Below, one piece after another: positions 24,001 through 36,400 of a stretch of DNA of 64,000 nt. Origin of the DNA: Auanema rhodensis (lineage: Eukaryota; Animalia; Nematoda); assembly GCA_964057225.1 (NCBI GenBank), contig OZ059900.1, forward strand, positions 10,168,001 to 10,232,000, written 5' to 3'. Made by a program: the position numbers and the translations under genes. How positions within the stretch are numbered: the first letter of the stretch is position 1; each line of letters begins with the position of its first letter. A model generated the notes under the pieces. That model ran no database searches. It had not been told where the DNA came from and saw only the letters and a list, made by a program, of their open reading frames with translations.

Positions 24001-27000
24001 TCACAACAAATTCAGTTCGGGTTCTTCGCTAGTGATGAACTTTCTTTCACCACCTGGCAGCATCAGAATGGTCGTAACAGTTCTATATCTAATGGGATTT
24101 GCAATATTATCAGAGTCGCGTACATTCTCCCTATTCTCGATGTCTAAAGCCGTCTCCATTGGGTTTTCATCAGCAAGCTCATGTACAGGAACATCTCCAG
24201 TAAGGTCGATAGTTTCCTCAAAAAAAAAACATTTTTTTCAATAACTGAGAGTAAAATGACTTACAATCCCGTTGTTTTCATCATCTGATTCATTGTCAAC
24301 TAACATATTCTGATTATCATTAGCCAGATCATAATGATTTCTCTAAAAAAATGAAATAATTATGAAAATTTATATTACAAGCTTGAATACCAAAGTATTC
24401 GAAGAATTGAAAGAGAAACGATTAGTATCATTATCAGCAATCTCATTTACGGGAACATCTCCAGTAAGGTCGATAGTTACCTAAAAAAAACATTTTTTTC
24501 AATAACTGAGAGTAAAATGACTTACAATCCCGTTGTTTTCATCATCTGATTCATTTACAACTAACATATTCTGATTATCATTAGCAAGATCATAATGACT
24601 TCTCTGGAAAAATGAAATAATTACAAATATTTATATTACAGGCTTGAATACCAAAGCATTCGAAGAATTCACAGAGAAACGATTAGTATCATCATCTGCA
24701 TCTTCTCCAGTAAGGTCGATAGTTTCCTAAAAAAAACATTTTTTTCAATAACTGAGAGTAAAATTACTTACAATTGCGTTGTTTTCATCATCTGATTCAT
24801 TTTCAACTAACATATTTTGGTTATTATTAGCCAGATCACGATAATTTCTCTAGAAAAATGAAATAATTATAAAATTTTATATTACAAGCATGAATACCCA
24901 AGTATTCGAAGAATTAAAGCAGAAACGATTAGTATCATCATCAGCAATCCCATGTACAGGAACATCTTCATTACGGTCGTTATCTTCCTTAAAAAAGCAA
25001 TTTTTCGATATTTGATTGAAAAATGACTTACGATTCCGCTGTTTTCATCATCTGATTCATTTTCAAAAAACATATTTTGATTATTATTAGCACGAGCATA
25101 ACGATTTCTCTGGAAAAATAAAAAAATTACAAATATTTATATTACAAGCTTGAATACCAAAGCATTGAAAAAGAAATGTCTAATTCTAGCAACAGCAGCC
25201 TGATAAGCATCATCTCCATCAAGGTCGTTATCTTCCTTGAAAAAGCAATTTTTCGATATTTGATTGAAAATGACTTACAATTCCGTTGTCTTCATCATCT
25301 GATTCATTTTCAACTAACATATTTTGATTATTATTATCAAGATCACGATAATTTCTCTAGAAAAATTAAATAATTATAAAATTTTATATTACAGGCTTGA
25401 ATACCAAAGTATTCGAAGAATTGAAAGAGAAACGATTAGTATCATCATCAGCATCTTCTTCAGTAAGGTCGATAGTTTCCTGAAAACAAACGTTTTTTTC
25501 AATAACTGAGTGAAAAATGACTTACAATTCCGTTGTCTTCATCATCTGATTCATTTTCAACTAACATATTTTGGTTATTATTAGCCAGATCACGATAATT
25601 TCTCTAGAAAAATGAAATAATTATAAAATTTTATATTACAAGCATGAATACCAAAGTATTCGGAGAATTGAAAGAGAAACGATTAGTATCATCATCAGCA
25701 ATCTCATTTACGGGAACATCTCCAGTAAGGTCGATAGTTTCCTAAAAAACAACATTTTTTTAATAACTGAGAGTAAAATGACTTACAATCCCGTTGTTTT
25801 CATCATCTGATTCATTTTCAACTAAAATATTCTGATTATCATTAGCCAGATCATAATGATTTCTCTGAAAAAATAAATTAATTATGAAAATTTATATTAC
25901 AAGCATGAATACCATAGTATTCGGAGAATTTAAGCAGAAACGATTAGTATCATCATCAGCAATCTCATGTACAGGAACATCTTCATTAAGGTCGTTATCT
26001 TCCTTAAAAAAGCAATTTTTCGATATTTGATTGAAAAATGACTTACAATTCCGCTGTTTTCATCATCTGATTCATTTTCAAAAAACATATTTTGATTATT
26101 ATTAGCACGAGCATAACGATTCCTCTGGAAAAATAAAATAATTATAAAAATTTATATTACAAGCATGAATACCAAAGTATTGAAAAAGAAATGTCTAATT
26201 CTAGCAATAGCAGCCTGCTGAGCAGCATCATCTCTATTATGGTTGTTATCTTCCTTGAAAAAGCAATTTTTCGATATTTGATTGAAAATTACTTACAATT
26301 CCGTTGTCTTCATCATCTGATTCATTTTCAACTAACATATTTTGGTTATTATTATCAAGATCACGATAATTTCTCTAGAAAAATGAAATAATTATAAAAT
26401 TTTATATTACAGGCTTGAATACCAAAGTATTGAAAAATAAATGTCTAATTCTAGCAACAGCAGCCTGATGTGCAGCATCATCTCCATTAAGGTTAACTTC
26501 CTTAAAAAAACATTTTTTCAATAACTGAGTGAATAATGACTTACATTTCCGTTGTCTTCATCATGTGTTTCATCTCCACCGGGCTTATTTTCATTGAGCA
26601 TTGATGAAAGTGAACATGTGTCTTCTTCGAGTATTTCAATGGATGTATCATTGACATTTTCTGGCATTGTGTCATTTTCCTGTGTTGGGTCTTCCTAGAA
26701 ATGAAAATCCTTCACAATTTCTTACTTTAAGCATATTTACCCAATACATTCCCATATCTTCAGAATCAGAAGCCATTTCTTCTTTTATCGAATTTTCTAA
26801 CAAGTCATGCTCATATATTTCTTCTACAGATGGATCATTGAAATCATCAGGATCTTGTGCTTTAGGTGCACATGGCACAACATTGTGAACTAAATCTTGT
26901 TCGGACAATCGATCCGCAGGGGGGTGAAGAAAAGGAACTGAGACGTCGACGTCCTCAACTTTAGGAGAAATGCCAGGGCACGGTACAAGTGATTGTTCAA

Positions 27001-27100
27001 ATGCTCGAATTATGAAATCAGATGCATTTTCAGGAACTCTATCGTTCATGGATAATTCAAATACATTATCTTTTCGTGGGGCAGAATGAGATCTTTCCAT
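24001..27100 (-). CDS. Acidic, low-complexity repeat protein (~750 aa, ~21 exons) built from nine tandem two-exon modules; five IDLT SIM-like motifs
   Basis: ORF 27100-26741 (MERSHS..GMYW) splices to EDPTQE..EDNGN, then alternating phase-0 exons such as RNYRDLDNNNQNMLVENESDDEDNGI and ETIDLTGDVPVNEIADDDTNRFSFNSPNTLVFML. Last exon ETIDLTGDVPVHELADE..PELNLL*. Frames checked in most, not all, modules. Confidence 0.78.
24190..26570. repeat. ~250-bp intragenic tandem repeat (exon-intron-exon-intron), 9-10 copies, with a ~1016-bp higher-order period
   Basis: tcatctgattca recurs near 24281, 24543, 24788, 25047, 25296, 25543, 25803, 26063, 26313. Confidence 0.92.
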
Positions 27101-27267
27101 CTTGAATATAGGGGTTGGTAATTATGCAAATAACAAATAAAAACAAGCTCACGATTGAGTATCAGTAATGAAAGAGTGAAAAGGCAGCAGTTGTTAATAC
27201 CTGCAACACGAAGCAATTGAAATTGAAAAAAAAAATAATGAAAGCAAAATATTCCCGCCTACGAACG

Positions 27268-28152
27268 AATAAAAATCAATAAAAATAAAATAAATTTGAA
27301 TATGTTATCATGAGAAATTTTCCCGCTTATCATAAGAGCACATTTTTCCGCTTATCATTAGAAATATCTTATTAGGACAGACGTATATAGTAAATTCAGC
27401 TTAACAACTGGGTGCTCTTTTGGTAATCATGTATAGAATAAGAATGCCTAAAACTTTTTTAATTTACAGCTACTTATTTACAGGTGCCCTTTCACAGTTA
27501 CCGTATCTCTTAAATATCCTAACCAGACATACGTATATAACAAATTCTGTTTAGCACTAGGTACTTCTCTTGCTAATTATGAATGAAAATATTGCAAACA
27601 TTGTTCAAAGAAATCGGGGCGTGGCATTTAAAATAACAAATAAAAATCAATAAAAATAAAATAAATTTGACTATGTTATCATGAGAAATTTTCCCGCTTA
27701 TCATTAGAGCACATTTTCCCGCTTATCATTAGAAATATCTTAACGGGACATACGTATATAGCAAATTCTGTTTAACAACAGGTCCTTCTCTTGCTAATTA
27801 TGAATGAAAATATTGCAAACATTGTTCAAAGAAATCGGGGCGTGGCATTTAAAATAACAAATAAAAATCAATAAAAATAAAATAAATTTGAATATGTTAT
27901 CATGAGAAATTTTCCCGCTTATCATTAGAGCACATTTTCCCGCTTATCATTAGAAATATCTTAACGGGACAGACGTATATAGTAAATTCAGCTTAACAAC
28001 TAGGTGCTCTTTTGGTAATCATGTATAGGAATATTGCAAACATTGTTCAAAGAAATCGGGGAATAGCAATTAAAATAATAAATAAAAATCAATAAAAACA
28101 AAATTAATTTGAATATGTTATTATGACAGATTTTCCCGCTTATCATTAGAGC
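27268..28152. repeat. Four-copy complex tandem repeat (~221-370 bp spacing) upstream of the repeat gene, rich in TTTCCCGC
   Basis: aataaaaatcaataaaaa.aaa.taa.tttga.tatgtta.. at ~27268, 27638, 27859, 28081, each followed by one or two tttcccgcttatcat-type motifs. Confidence 0.9.
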
Positions 28153-28217
28153 ACATACGTAATCACCTCAAGTTACCGTATCCCTTAATTCACTACACTT
28201 CAAATTCAAATTGCAAA

Positions 28218-28283
28218 AGCTTCGGCACCCGGGATTCCCAAGCCGTCTCGGAACCAAGTACTAACCAAGCCCTGTCGCTTGAC
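28218..28283 (-). pseudogene. 5S: 5S rRNA pseudogene, 3' half
   Basis: agctt-cggcacccgggattcccaagccgtctc.ga.ccaagtactaacc matches 21119-21168. Confidence 0.88.
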
Positions 28284-28579
28284 AATTGAACTCTCACTCT
28301 AGAGTCCAAGTATTGAGTTCGTTCGAATGAATGCGGTGTTATGCGTTAGAACACATTAATAAAGAACGATTTATTGAACGATAAATAACAAGTAAGTTAG
28401 GTTGAAATTGTTAATATTTTTTCTAATAAAGCATTCTACATCACACTATTTTTTGTATTTTTGATTCTCATCGAACAAATATCAAATCTATCGACATCGA
28501 ATAGCTTTGCTAAAGCTGCATATTTTTCTCAACATAATGAGCACGTGACAATATAAGGGGAAAGCTATACTTTAACTTC

Positions 28580-28627
28580 GCTTACGACGATACCTCGTCT
28601 AATCTGAACGGTCAAGCAACGTGGGCC
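28580..28627 (+). pseudogene. 5S: 5S rRNA pseudogene, 5' part with internal deletion
   Basis: gcttacgac.atacc.cgt...atctg...gtcaagcaacgt-gggcc, preceded by a flank resembling that of the intact gene. Confidence 0.75.
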
Positions 28628-28946
28628 TGTCACGGTCTATTCGATAAGACGTAGGTTTGTTACTGTAGCTTGTTTTTTCTTACATTTATCCAATCCCCTG
28701 AACCATCTGGTGCCTCCCTATAAAAGGATGAACCAGATGGTTCAAATTCAGGATATTTTGATTAGTTACTTGAGAAAGGAACGTATAAAAAAAGTTAAAA
28801 AAAAACTGCCAATGAAATACACTCCGAAGAACTCGTAATATAAATCTTCACTTGTCAATAAACAATCTGCGGATAAAAATCTGAATCTGAAACATCCGCT
28901 GCGGAAGGCAAAATTAATGTCCTAAGTCTAGAGATATATTCTCCAG

Positions 28947-29441
28947 ATGGACAGAGAGCTAGAATTCGTGAATAAACTGAGTTCTAAGTTTGAAAACTAC
29001 AACAAAATGACCGAGTACTCTAAAATGTCTGAGCCGTTAAATCAAATAATTGCGCAAGAGAATGAATGCGCAAGAGTTTAAAGTTACTTAACTACTCTGG
29101 TGAATAAACTCCAGTCAATTGAAACAATTAAAAGAAATTTTTAGGAAGTTTGTGAGCTTTAAGAAGAAGAGCACCAAAAAGAATTAAACAAAAAATTCGC
29201 AAAAATAGAAGAATGTGAAAGGGGAGGCATCCGTGGCAATGACACGCTAATTATACTGGAATTGAATGACAAATTGATATTCTTAAAAAATCTCATTGAT
29301 AAAAACAAAGAAAAAAGCAAAGATATGAAAATACAACTTGAATTACAACCACTTCGTGAAGGAATTGAATATGCAGAAGATAAGGAATATGAAAATTCTA
29401 CAAATGAGGTGCAGGAAAAATTGAACATGGCCCAAATTTAA
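28947..29441 (+). pseudogene. Disabled intronless coiled-coil ORF (three in-frame stops)
   Basis: MDRELEFVNKLSSKFENY..CARV*SYLTTLVNKLQSIETIKRNF*EVCEL*EEEHQKELNKKFAKIEE..QEKLNMAQI*; E/K/L-rich composition continues in one frame. Confidence 0.5.
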
Positions 29442-29860
29442 ACGCAACAGCTGTCATGATGATCACAACATTTCAGTTTGAATAAATTTATCACCAACAT
29501 CTTTTTACAAAAGGGTAATGATGATCAAAAGACTAGAAATAGTCAAACAATTGGTCCAAAAAAGCACGTGAAGAACCCTAGAACCCCTTAATCAGTTCAA
29601 ATCAATGAGTGATAGAAAACATGAGATACATTTAGACCTTTATTTTTTGAATATTCTTTACACCTATTGTATACATTGTTGTTTTCTAATTGTTGTACTT
29701 CCTTCTACCTTATTCAACCCATAAAATCACATTTATTCTGTAATAAAAGTTTTTATTAAAAATTACAAATAAATTGTAAAAGTTCTCGATAAAACATTGT
29801 AAGCTTAATGATTGTTAAGTTCAAAGATGCGGCGATTTTCTTTACTGAAAGTGGATCAAT

Positions 29861-30473
29861 TTACAATGTTGAGAGGGTAAAAACTAACTGTTTTTCTTTC
29901 AATACATTCCTAATTGTTCTAAAATGTTGTCTATGAATATCAAGCTCATCGATAAGATTTTGAGGAACAGTTTTTCCCGTTTTGTGATGCTCTTGAATTT
30001 CAGTAGAAAGAAATTTGATGTAGTCTGTGATCATGAAGAAGAGCTTCCTGTATTCAATCTGCATCAAGTAACTGAATTTTTGCTCTATAGTACAGTTGGT
30101 TGTCATTAGTTCAATTTTTCTTCTAAGGCAGGACAATGTTTTTTCCCTTTCGTGCACTTCAGCTGCGAGTTTATTGCAGAGAACAAGATTTGTTATCATC
30201 TCATTTTCCGTAGCTAGCAGTCTTTCGTGCATATCTTCAATGCCATTGGCATAGCTTGGATCCATCATTCGAACCAGCTCCATGTTGTGGGCACGTGTCT
30301 TTTTAATATTGCTAATAAAGTAAATTTCCTCCTTCCTTTCATCAATTTCTGTTTGAATTTTATCATCATAATACTTCTCATACATAGTTAGCGCGTCGAA
30401 ATCACCAAAAAAAGGAGCAATAAGTGCCTACAAAACTAAAATACATTAAGTTGAGTTTAAATTTATTTACCAT
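29861..30473 (-). CDS. Hypothetical helical/coiled-coil protein (~189 aa; ATG micro-exon 30471-30473 plus exon 29861-30427)
   Basis: Longest ORF in the track (174 aa) with protein-like composition; extends upstream (ALIAPFFGDFDALT) to a TTTGTAG acceptor and an ATG|GTAAAT donor. Confidence 0.7.
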
Positions 30474-30499
30474 AGCGTTCAGTTTTAATGTTAATTTGA

Positions 30500-33400
30500 A
30501 ATTACAAGTAAAGTATCACCTATAAAATTTTAATTATTATCAGAAAATTGAAAACAAAAATTATAAATAAGAAATGATACTTAATAAATTTAATTAATAG
30601 ATTGAGTAGTTAGTTTGCAAACATAATAACAAGTTGCAAGGTTGCATGATTTGCTAGATCTATAATTATGTTCAAAATTATAGTAATTGTGGTCTATTAA
30701 CATGTAGTGACGAGTTAAATTGGATTAAAACTTAGTGCACTACATTAATAAAACTTATATTCTAGATATAATCGATTCGATTGAGATTAAAAGAAAATGA
30801 AATATAATTTAAATTTGGGCTAAATTGACAAATGAAAGTGTTATCAGTGCTGACGACCGAAAAGAAAATCATAATTCAATCTAAAATACAAATGGAATAT
30901 CATTTTTAAGATTTGGAGAGTTTCATTGGCTTCATATTGTAGCGAACGAGAACGTACTCCATATATAGAGATATACTTATCATTCAACCTTATTCACTTA
31001 ATAGTAATCAGAATAATGCGTATTTCTTTTTATACTAACGAGCAGATGTGCATGGACGTGTTTAATAATTAAGAGAATAAAGTAAGACAACAACAAACAG
31101 AGAAACAAAACAATGAATATATAGAGAAACAAATACTGATAAACTGTTCAAATTGCCATTTAGTCCCTCCAATCCCGCGTGACAATAGAGCGTCAAAAGA
31201 GGTAAGTTGGCTCGAACATTAACTTATTGCCAGCTTTTGTATTTTGGTCCTGTCCATCAACAGAGCGTCTTATATGTATGTTAATTTTATGTTTTACTAG
31301 CTCAATGTATATTGATGTATCAATGAAGCTCGAATATTTTCAATAAAAAAATTTTCTTCAATTTGATTTCAATGTTTTCTGTCTTTGAACTGGGTACTCG
31401 TCGTCTTCAGAATTGCACAGCAAGGCGGATATGTCGATATAATCATTTTTCAACAACGTTCTTGCCTTTCAATTCGCGTATGTACCTGGAAAGCCTCAAA
31501 AAGCAAAACATAGAGAATTACAGCGCTATTATTTCATTTTGTTCTTACAGTAATCATTTAATGTCTATGAAGAGTGTATAACAATTGCAATTATCTTCTT
31601 TTCTAATTGAAATATGAATCTTATTCAGAATTGTCATCTTTATACTTCTGAACGAGATAGTTATGATATTTCTGAAAAAAATTTCTCTTGAAAATACAAC
31701 GCTTTTCAAAAGCTATCAATACTAATCTCGAAAGAAAAATTCCTCTGAGAATACATTGTTCTATATGATGTTACTAAGCACCCAATGTTAACTTCTGGTA
31801 TTCTTGTGATTGCCAAAGATTATAGTTTCTAAAACATTTTTGATAACCTAATAGGAATAAAAACTAATAAATATAATTGTTATTTCGATTCCCTGAAATA
31901 TATTAGTCCACTGAAAACCAAAAACTTAACCGAGGTAGCTTAGATAAGGTTCAATGTCATTTTTTCGAGTTTACTGAATGGATCGGTATACAATGTAAAA
32001 GGTAACGCAAGGAATGTGAGAAATAGATGCAGCATGGCTGACCCAAGAATATGAAACAGCGAATGAGATAGAGTGCTAGTTATGGAGAAATTGAGATAGC
32101 AATATCTAAAACGAAACACAGAGTGAGATAACCCCGCGAGCAGAAGAAAGGTAATACATAGACGGGATAAGAATCCAAGATATCAGATTTCAGTTCAGTA
32201 TTCTTTCAAGTTAGCTTACGGAATAATGAGAAAAAAAAAGGATAACGAGAAGTTGAAGGTAAATGATCCAGGTAACAAAAAAAAGAGAAAAGGTCGGAAA
32301 ACTGAAGCTTTTCTTATGTATAGAGTTCAAGAAACATATGCAACACGATGATGAGAGTACATAGAAAGTGTAGAGCTCAAGAGAAATGAAAAGACGGCAA
32401 AAAAGAATGTGATATTTTAGAGATGAAAAGAAAAGTGAGACGAAAAAAGAGCTAAGCTCAGTGAAGAAGAACGCTAATTTTTGAGCTCAAACTTATCAGA
32501 CCTATTGCTTTGAGGTGATGTTTTCAAATTTCATTTTAAAATATTTCAATTATTCATCTGTAATGCATAACAATGTATCTGAACTATTAGTTATAACTTT
32601 ACAAACTTGCTCAAGTTTTGAATATTCAGTTACACTGATTGGATTATTAATTAAATGATTCTTCAAAATATGCGTTTCATTATTGATTTTCATCTTGTAT
32701 TCCTGTAATGCTTATTGCATAATACCTAGCCGAGTATATACTTCTTGAATTCTCACTCTTATTCTTCAAATACATACTTAAGTGTTATGAAATGTAAGAG
32801 ACTGATGTATGTTTACTATATGTAATATACAATTCTCTATCACTATTCATCAGCACAGATAATTTCTTTAATTTGTATGTTTAAGCTTTAAGCATGCCCG
32901 CTAAGCATGTTTAAGCTGTAAATCAAGCTGATGTTTTTCAATTTTGATCTCCAAAAACCTTAGCATTGTTTTTCAATTAAATTTATTTATCTCATCAACG
33001 CTGAGCTATTTTTTTTGTTCTTTTTTAGCTGTTATGTCAATCTCATTTCAATTAGTTTCTTCAGATCATTTTTGAAAACTAAATAAACTTTCAAAACCAA
33101 TACTGATAATGTTACTATAATCTGAAACATCCAGCTGACAAATAATTAAAAATAATTATAATAATTACTTTGATCATTCAAATATATATTTAAGAATATT
33201 GATTAGATTGAACTGAATTATTTCATTTCTTCTTATTTTATTTTTATTTTTAATTTGTTCATCTTCCACTACTGAATTGACTATTATGTAGCATTACTTT
33301 TTAATTTTTGTGAGAATATCAACAAGTTACGAAGAATTCATTAACATATTGTTCGAGTATCTTTTCTCTTTTTGCAAACTGTTTGAGAAAAGAGCAAAAG

Positions 33401-36400
33401 ATGAAGTAAGTTGCTGCAGAAAAAAAAACTAAAAAGGAGTTGCAGAACAAAAAAGAAAAGTATATGTATAGGACCTTCTTCTGAGAGATTATGAAACTAA
33501 TCGCAGCTGCAAGATCGTCTCGAATTTCATTGCATTAGCTCCAAATGATGATTTTATGCCATTTTCATCTTCAATTTCCCTCTATGCCTTATAATACATT
33601 ATGCATTACCTCGATTTCATCCCTCTCTCTCTTTCTATTTCTCTCTCTCTCTCTTTTTGTTACTATCTACGTAGTAAACGCTTTTCCAACTTTTCAGGAC
33701 AAAAAAACAAATTTAGCATACCATTCTCGTAATTTGAAAAATTATCCAAATTTCATTCAACTTTTCTACCGTGGCTGATGATCTCTCTAAATTTGTTTTG
33801 TTTCAGTCAAATGTTTTAATTTTCTTGTTTGTTTTCATTGATTTATTGTTTAATTTAAACTATTTGTTATCACAAATCTGCTCTCTGGATGATAAGATGA
33901 TTATTTCAGTAGTTATAATCAATTTTCTAGCCTGAGGCGACAGCTCGTTAAAAAGTAAATATTGCTTTTGTATTTTACTATCATTTTACCATATTGTTCA
34001 TTATTTTTCTCACATTTCCCTTGTTTTTTTTTGAAACAACAAATACAAATGAGAAAGAAAAAAAGCTAAATTTGCGATAGATACATCGTTCCAAGTGATG
34101 TCGTTGTCTTATTTTATTCTAGCACGCTTAACATTCTGTTACCTTGTCAAAAAGAAGCATTGCTAGCGGACAACACGTAAGTCACACACGGAACGCTGAC
34201 AGGAGCTAAACGATATATATATATATATATGTATATATGTATATATGTATATCTGCTTCAGGCAGATGTTTTTCTGCTAATCCCATCAAATAACAAACCA
34301 CAAGGCTATCACATCAACTAGACGACGACGCTTTCATACATATTCAATATAGTTTTCCGTTGAGCCATTCATTAAATACATTTAACGATATTCTGTCTAG
34401 TATTAGTGCTTCATTCGTTTTTTTTCAAATCCAGTTGGACTATTCATATTAAACATGTCATCAGCATCATTTTGCTTATCAATCCTTGAATTTAACTATA
34501 TCATATAGCTTAGAATATTAGAAAACTGCTCTTTGATACTAATTATTCTTTCATTAAGCTTTTTTTTTATAATTCATTGCTATAATTGTTTTTTTGTAAT
34601 CAAAATATGAATCGGCACGTCTACATGAAATTAGTCTTTCATTTGATTATGTAATTATGTTTTTGTTATTCATTTATCTATACTGAACAATGATGCTGCT
34701 TTTTCTATCAGCTATCACATGATATCTAACTCTTAATTTTCTAAATTTAGATTTATATATCTACTGATACCAACCAGCCCACGTATCTATAACAGACTAT
34801 ACCATAATTGTTCTAACTGTAAATAATTAATAAATCTGTTAAGCTGCTCCATTAACTTCACTTCTAAGAGCAATAAGACAATTAGTCAATTAGATATTGG
34901 TTTTTAAGTTCCGGGTTATTGTACATATGCACTCTGATCTTATAATACTTACCATAACAATTAGTGTTCAATCTATTCTTCCTACTTACCTCATTCCTCA
35001 TTCGTCTATCTGGCTCCGACGCACTACATAGGCAAGCACTCTTGTCATTGCAGTTATGTTTTAATTTTTGTTATATAACCAATTTCAATTTTGCAGCTGA
35101 CATAGGTGACATTAGCCTTTAACACCAAACACCAAACGTATTCAAGATTCTCATGTAATCAACATATTCAAAATCACCATTTTCCCGCAATTTTTTTGTC
35201 ATTGTCACAACACCATCTTTAATGGTTGGCTATATCCTCTATTATATAATTTTTTGTTCAAAGTTTTGCTCATCCAAGTTAAATAATATATTTTCGTTAC
35301 TTATCATTATATCAAAAGATATTATTATTATTTTAGTTTAGTAGTTAGTCTAAGTTGACATCAAATTATATAGTATAAACATCTAATTAACTATATCTAT
35401 ATCCAAACACAATGAAAGCTAAAACATTTTTGATGTCAAAACACAAAACATCATTTTAACTAATTGAACTAACTCAAGCTGCCTGTAATTCTCTATCCGT
35501 TTTTCACTCCACTTTATGTTATTATCAACAAACAAAAAGTCAACTTGAGCAATCTAGATTCTAGTTATTCAGGTGAGAATTTCAGAATATAATACAATTT
35601 TCTTTTTGATTTCTATGATAAAAACATGAGATTGTGTCCTAATTAACCAGCTTTCCTATTTATATCATATATACATGTGATGTTCTAACAGAAAAAAATT
35701 CAAAATATATCATAAAGCGGTCATTTATTTGTGAAATTCTTCATTTCTGATTTTATTATATCTATTTAAGGCTGGTTTTATCTTTTTCAGCTCGAATTCA
35801 AAATATATTCTTGTGTGGATGGCTGTGTTTGAACATAGATCATGTGTATATATCTGTATGTTTCTTTAGTTTTCCTATCTTGTATGTGGCCATGTGTATA
35901 TGTTTGTGTTCTTCAGAAACCACATAACAACTTGGCGGCCAACAAGTTATTATTAAGCAAAGAGCTAACATATATATATGAGTTCATGTCTTGAACTAAT
36001 TTAAAATATTCTTTTCCGAATATTAAAATGGGGAATATGCTCGGAATATCGAGTTGATCTAATTAAATTTTACCAAAATATAACATAAACTCACGAAGAT
36101 GGACTTTTAATATCGTTAAACCATTACTATTTTGAGTGCGGTATTGGAAATTATGAAATGTTCTTGAATGTTGATGTTCATATGTTTCTACTTCCGTGTT
36201 GAGCGAGGGTGGACAAGAAAAGGCTAATTTTAATTCTCAATAGTATTGTTATATTCAGAGAGTATCAGAATTCTGAAAAACTTGGTGTATTATTATTATT
36301 TTTGGGTGGAGTGAGGGAGTTTACTCAGAGAGTCGTGCCCATTGTCAAGCTAACAGTGTATTAGAATGCTTGTTTTTTTTTGGAACAAGAAGGCTATCAC

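Noticed and set aside
24032-26391. Plus-strand ORFs in the 250-bp repeat
   Set aside because: Splice signals and a continuous frame are on the minus strand
31385-31440. miR-92/235-like seed (ATTGCAC) in a weak hairpin
   Set aside because: Stem too short and the seed sits in the loop; not a credible pre-miRNA
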